In this document: positions 60,253-64,000 of the stretch, in pieces
How positions within the stretch are numbered: position 1 is the stretch's first letter
Layout of the letters: the number at the start of each line of letters is the position of its first letter
Assembly (NCBI GenBank): GCA_963841435.1
Contig: CAWJCS010000006.1
Span: 128,001-192,000 of the forward strand
Source of the DNA: an uncultured delta proteobacterium
Lineage (GTDB): Bacteria > Myxococcota_A > Polyangia > Polyangiales > Polyangiaceae
DNA: 64,000 bases
Direction: 5' to 3'
The notes under the pieces: model-generated
What the model was told of the DNA's origin: nothing
Databases searched by the model: none
Seen by the model: only the letters and a program-made list of their open reading frames with translations
Translations under genes and position numbers: made by a program

Positions 60253-62055
60253 CGCCGAAACGTGCGGCGTGAGGGCCGGGCATGCACCTTGTGACGCCGC
60301 TCGGCTGTGGGCCACCCGGCGCACGACCTCGAGCAGCACGGCACGCGCCGCCCCGACGGCTACGCCCGCCGCCGGCCGGAAGACACGGTGCTCTACCAGA
60401 CCGTGGCCGAGCGCTGGCCCCTGTTTCGCGAGCAGATGGAGCAGCAAGGCGGGTTGCCGAAGTTCGTGGTGAGGTAGTTCGAGGAGTACTTGAAGTGCGG
60501 GATCCTCGAAGAGGGTTGTCTACACCTCGTGTGCCGGAGCTGCGGCTACTCGCAGGTCGTGGCCTTGAGCTGCAAGAAGCGCGGCTTCTGCCCGGGCTGC
60601 CTGGGCCGGCGGATGGCCGATACGGCCGTCCACTTGGAGGAGCGCGTGCTGCCGGCCGTGCGAGTGCGCCATTGGATTCTGCTCTCTGCCCTGGGGCCTC
60701 AGGGCGCTGCTCGGCTACGACCGGGAGCTGTGCGCCAAGGTCGTGAGCGCGTTCGTGGGCGAGCTCTGCCGCTCGCTGAAGAGGAGAGCAAAGCGACAGC
60801 TCGGGCTCGCGAGCGTCGCGCAAGCGCACACCGGCGCCGTCTGCGCCGTGCAGAGGACGGACGGGGCCCTCCGGCTCAACGTCCATCTCCACGTGCTCTC
60901 GCTCGACGGCGTCTACGTGCGCGACTCCGAGAGCGCCGCGCTCGTGTTCGAAGAGCTCGGCACGCCCAGCCACGCCGAGGTGCTCGACGTGGCCCGGCAC
61001 ACCGCCGAGCGCGTTGACAGGCTGCTCCGAAAGAGCGGGCGAAGCCTCGAGCGCGAGGGCGACGACGCCGTGCCCGAGCTCGTGCTCGACGAGCCGGGGC
61101 TCGCCTCCTGCTACGCGGCCGCCGCTCAGGGCATCAGCGTGGGCGGCGAGCGAGCGGGACTGCCCCAGCTCAGGCTCGTGTTCGGCACCGGCGCCGCTGC
61201 CGAGAGAGCCGAGCCCCGCGCCGACGACCCGGTCGCCGACCACCGGGGCGTCAACGTGCACGCCAAGCAGTCCGTCGACGGCCGCGACCGACGACAGCTC
61301 GAAAGACTCTGCCGCTATGTCACGCGGCCTCCGGTTGCACAGGACCGGCTCGCTCGCCTGCCAGACGGCTCGCTCGAGCTCCGCCTCAAGCACCCGTGGA
61401 AGGACGGCACGCGCGCCGTCGTGCTCGAACCGGATGATCTCTTGGTCCGGCTCGTCGCCTCGGTGCCCCCGCCGCGCTGGCATTTACTTCGGTACTTTGG
61501 CGTCATCTCGAGCCATTCGCGACTGCGCTCAGAAGTGGTCCCGCATTCGCCCGCTGATCCAAGTGCCACCGCGCCGCCGCCTGCTCCGGGCGATCAGCTC
61601 GAGCTCGCGCTCGATGCCGACAGTGACGAGCCCGCTCCGAGAAAGAGATGGGCCTGGCTTCTCAAGCATGTGTTCGCGGCAGATTTGGATACTTGCCCGC
61701 GCTGTTCGGGGCCGATGCGTTGGATGGAGGCAGCGGCCACCGCCGAGGCGGCTCGCAAGCTGCTCGCGCGCCTTGGGCTCGGTCCGCGTCCGCCGCCGGC
61801 ACCCAACCCACCGCCGCTCGGGCAGCTCGCGCTGCCGTTCCCGCGGTGAGCCGGCCCAATCCGGCTTCGCCTTGGCCGAGCGTGCGTGCGCTTGCCGCCC
61901 CAAGACCCGAAAAGCCGGCCCTCTTCCGCTCCCCCTCCTGCTCTTTTGCCCTCTCGCCCCTCTCGCCTCCCCACCGCGGCGGGGTCAGGCGTCACCCACC
62001 AAAGCCTCCGCCCGCCCCTCACCCTCGTTTTCCCAGTTCGAATGCCCTTGGCGCC
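60253..62055 (+). mobile_element. ISCR/IS91-like element, copy A3 (longest; terIS boundary uncertain)
   Basis: Full-length transposase homology and oriIS-like end; candidate left-end hairpin CGCCG-AAACGTG-CGGCG at 60253-60269. Confidence 0.85.
60307..61849 (+). pseudogene. Full-length ISCR-type transposase with in-frame TAG (60475) and +1 frameshift (about 60677)
   Basis: YARRRPEDTVLYQTV..GLPKFVVR*FEEYLKCG; extra T relative to copy A1 (tggattctg vs tggatctg). Confidence 0.9.
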
Positions 62056-62249
62056 ACCTTGCCCGGCTCGACGCCGTGCTGCGCGAGAAAGGCGCGATAG
62101 GCAGGCACGTCTTCGGCGGCCGAGCGGAAGAGCGCGAGCAAGCGCCGTTCGTGGTCTTCTCGCGTCGTCGGTTCCGGCGGGAACCGCTCGGCGTAGAAAG
62201 CCCGGAAGGCGGCCAGCACCTCGTCGGAGCTCGTTTTCGGGGAGGTCAC
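62056..62249 (-). pseudogene. 5' part of a phenylacetate-CoA ligase-like gene interrupted by copy A3
   Basis: LLALFRSAAEDVPAYRAFLAQHGVEP is typical of this family's N-terminus; stops at the element end. Confidence 0.7.
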
Positions 62250-62301
62250 GGGCCCGAGGGTTCCATCGGGTTCGCGCGGAGGGAAGGGGTGCGGGTCGGG
62301 T

Positions 62302-64000
62302 CTAGAAATGAGCCTTTGCCTGACAGCTCTGGCCCGTCCACCAAGTTTGCACGTAGTCGGGGGCAAAACCGAAGGTGGCGTTCGCGGTGATCGCAAAGGT
62401 GTTCGCTGCCCGCTGGCAGGTGTCGGTCGGGAGCTTCGGCGTGGTACTGCACGAAGCGCCCGTCCACCAGCTTTGGACGTAGCTTGGCGCGTAGCCCCAG
62501 CTGAAGTTCGAGATGGTGCCGAAGAGGTCGCTGACCGCTTGGCAGTCGGGTGTGACGTTGCACCCTTTCTGCGTCCACCAAGTTTGAACGTTTGCCGGCG
62601 CGCCGCCGAACGTGGAGCCGGCCACGATGGCGTACAGATTGGAGGCGTTGCGGCAGAGCTGTGCGGTGGTGGAAGCGGTGCTCGCGCTGCAGCTGTTCTG
62701 CGTCCACCAAGTCTGTACCTCGGGTGGCGCGAAACCAAACGTCACGTTTGCGACGATGCCGTAAAGATCCGCAGCCTTCTGACAGGCGTTGGTTTCAGCC
62801 GAGTTGCAGCCGCCGCACGATGAGGTGGAGGCCCAGTAACATGGGCGCTGGAACGGATAGTACTTCCACCAGACACCGAGGGAGCCGTGGTCGTTGACCG
62901 GAGCCATCACGTCGATGCGGTTGCTAGGCGTGGTTTGGGCCACTGCCGCCGGCGTTCCGGAGGCTACCAATTGCCCGCCGAGCGGTAGGGGGCTGAGCCA
63001 ATTGCCCATCAAGGTCTTGAGGTAGAGCGTGCCGTTGTAACGGTAGAAGACGTTGAGCCGATTGGGCCCCCAGCTGCTCACGGCAGGGCTCGCGCCCGAG
63101 TCTGCCAATGAACCCAGCGAGTAGAAGGACCGCCAGCTACCGTCGTACCAGATACTCCACAAGACGTTGTTCGAACGTTTGACCACGACGTTGATTCGAC
63201 CGTTCCCCCACGAAACCGCCGCCGGCTTCCCCACGAACGTCTTGTCGCCCCGAACTGCCCAGCTCGACCAACTACCCGTGAAGCTCTTGTGGTAGAGAAG
63301 GCTGTCGCCGCTTCCTTTTACGAATACGTCCAGGCGATTCGGCCCCCAGCTGCTGACCGCGGGTGCAGAGCCGATTCCGACGCTCGGTTTGCCAATCGAG
63401 GTCCACGACGACCAACTCCCGGAGTAAGTGCGCTGGTAGATGGCTCCGTCCGACGACTTTCGGGCGAAGACATCGATGCGTCCCGCGCCCCACGAAACTG
63501 CGGCAGGGTCTGAATTGAAGCCGCCGCCGAGGTCGCTCCAGCTCGACCAGCCCTGGAAGACTCCGCCCGAGACGTTCTTGTATCTGCGGTAGATGTGACC
63601 GTCGCTCCCGCGGACGTAGACTTCGAGGGACGGATAACCGAGCGACACGACTGCCGGCGAGCCCAGCATGCTGACACCCGGCGCAAGATCGTAGTTGAGC
63701 ACCGAACACTGCCCCACGTCGTCGCCCAGCGTGTTAAACGGGGCCCAGTCCTCGGCGCTCCGATAGAGCTCAATCGCCGCGGCGCCGTCCGCGTCTGTCG
63801 CGGTATCGGCGGCGGACGGCTGGCAGTCGTTCACGGACTCGCAGATGTCGGGAGAAATGTAGTTCATCACCGAGGTCTCGTTGAACACACCGAGCAGGCC
63901 GGTGGGGATGCTCGGAAACTTGGGGTCGTACCCGAGCTCGCCAGGGCCAGGAGCCATGCACTTGGTCCAGACGGTGTCGGTCAAGTCCTGAGAGCCACAC
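62302..64000 (-). CDS. Secreted multidomain protein (5' end outside window): possible metalloprotease Met-turn, PLL/DUF346-like lectin propeller, four C-terminal Cys-bracketed repeats
   Basis: SVMNY; repeated PA(A)VSWGxxRxDVFxR blades; four CQxAxxLxxIxxxxTFGxAPxxVQTWWTxxxC units; frame open to the window end. Confidence 0.8.
   Translation of the reverse strand, partial: CGSQDLTDTVWTKCMAPGPGELGYDPKFPSIPTGLLGVFNETSVMNYISPDICESVNDCQPSAADTATDADGAAAIELYRSAEDWAPFNTLGDDVGQCSVLNYDLAPGVSMLGSPAVVSLGYPSLEVYVRGSDGHIYRRYKNVSGGVFQGWSSWSDLGGGFNSDPAAVSWGAGRIDVFARKSSDGAIYQRTYSGSWSSWTSIGKPSVGIGSAPAVSSWGPNRLDVFVKGSGDSLLYHKSFTGSWSSWAVRGDKTFVGKPAAVSWGNGRINVVVKRSNNVLWSIWYDGSWRSFYSLGSLADSGASPAVSSWGPNRLNVFYRYNGTLYLKTLMGNWLSPLPLGGQLVASGTPAAVAQTTPSNRIDVMAPVNDHGSLGVWWKYYPFQRPCYWASTSSCGGCNSAETNACQKAADLYGIVANVTFGFAPPEVQTWWTQNSCSASTASTTAQLCRNASNLYAIVAGSTFGGAPANVQTWWTQKGCNVTPDCQAVSDLFGTISNFSWGYAPSYVQSWWTGASCSTTPKLPTDTCQRAANTFAITANATFGFAPDYVQTWWTGQSCQAKAHF

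Noticed and set aside
60221-60275. CTGATGA...GAAAC resembling a hammerhead ribozyme core
   Set aside because: Stem II is only 1 bp and no NUH cleavage site pairs consistently with stems I and III.
1159-60680. Programmed frameshifting or mass pseudogenisation (LytS, Cys-rich gene, DUF3494, tnpA, A3)
   Set aside because: Isolated single-base indels, several in short homopolymers, in otherwise intact genes are better explained by sequencing error; this needs a read check.

Overview
High-GC bacterial DNA whose gene style (Gly/Ala/Ser-linker lipoproteins, MYXO-CTERM tails, Cys-rich repeat proteins) points to Myxococcota, probably Polyangiaceae-like (inference). Positions 1-39.2 kb hold chromosomal accessory genes: LiaF-LiaF-LytS-LytTR, a pectin/rhamnogalacturonan enzyme cluster (CE12, GH28, two GH105), Cys-rich surface proteins, an M64 peptidase, a DUF3494 ice-binding-like lipoprotein, an MlaE/F/D-PqiC transporter, an ECF sigma/FecR-TPR locus, a DUF2156 protein, a large beta-helix/EGF/LRR lipoprotein and a GH16. 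Positions 39.4-62.1 kb are a mosaic built around ISCR/IS91-like rolling-circle elements: three near-identical copies, one diverged copy, one internal fragment and one orphan inverted oriIS-like end. All five ends finish in the same ...CCT(T/A)GGCGCC motif, and the four transposase-bearing copies each abut a truncated gene in a consistent reading phase. Between them lie a headless serine recombinase, an IS66 left arm fused in frame to the rolling-circle transposase, the 3' half of an RNase P RNA gene, a type I restriction-modification system with RhuM, and uncharacterised lipoproteins. Scattered single-base frameshifts suggest uncorrected long-read errors, so pseudogene calls resting on one indel are tentative. 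All family assignments come from motif recognition by eye, not from database searches.
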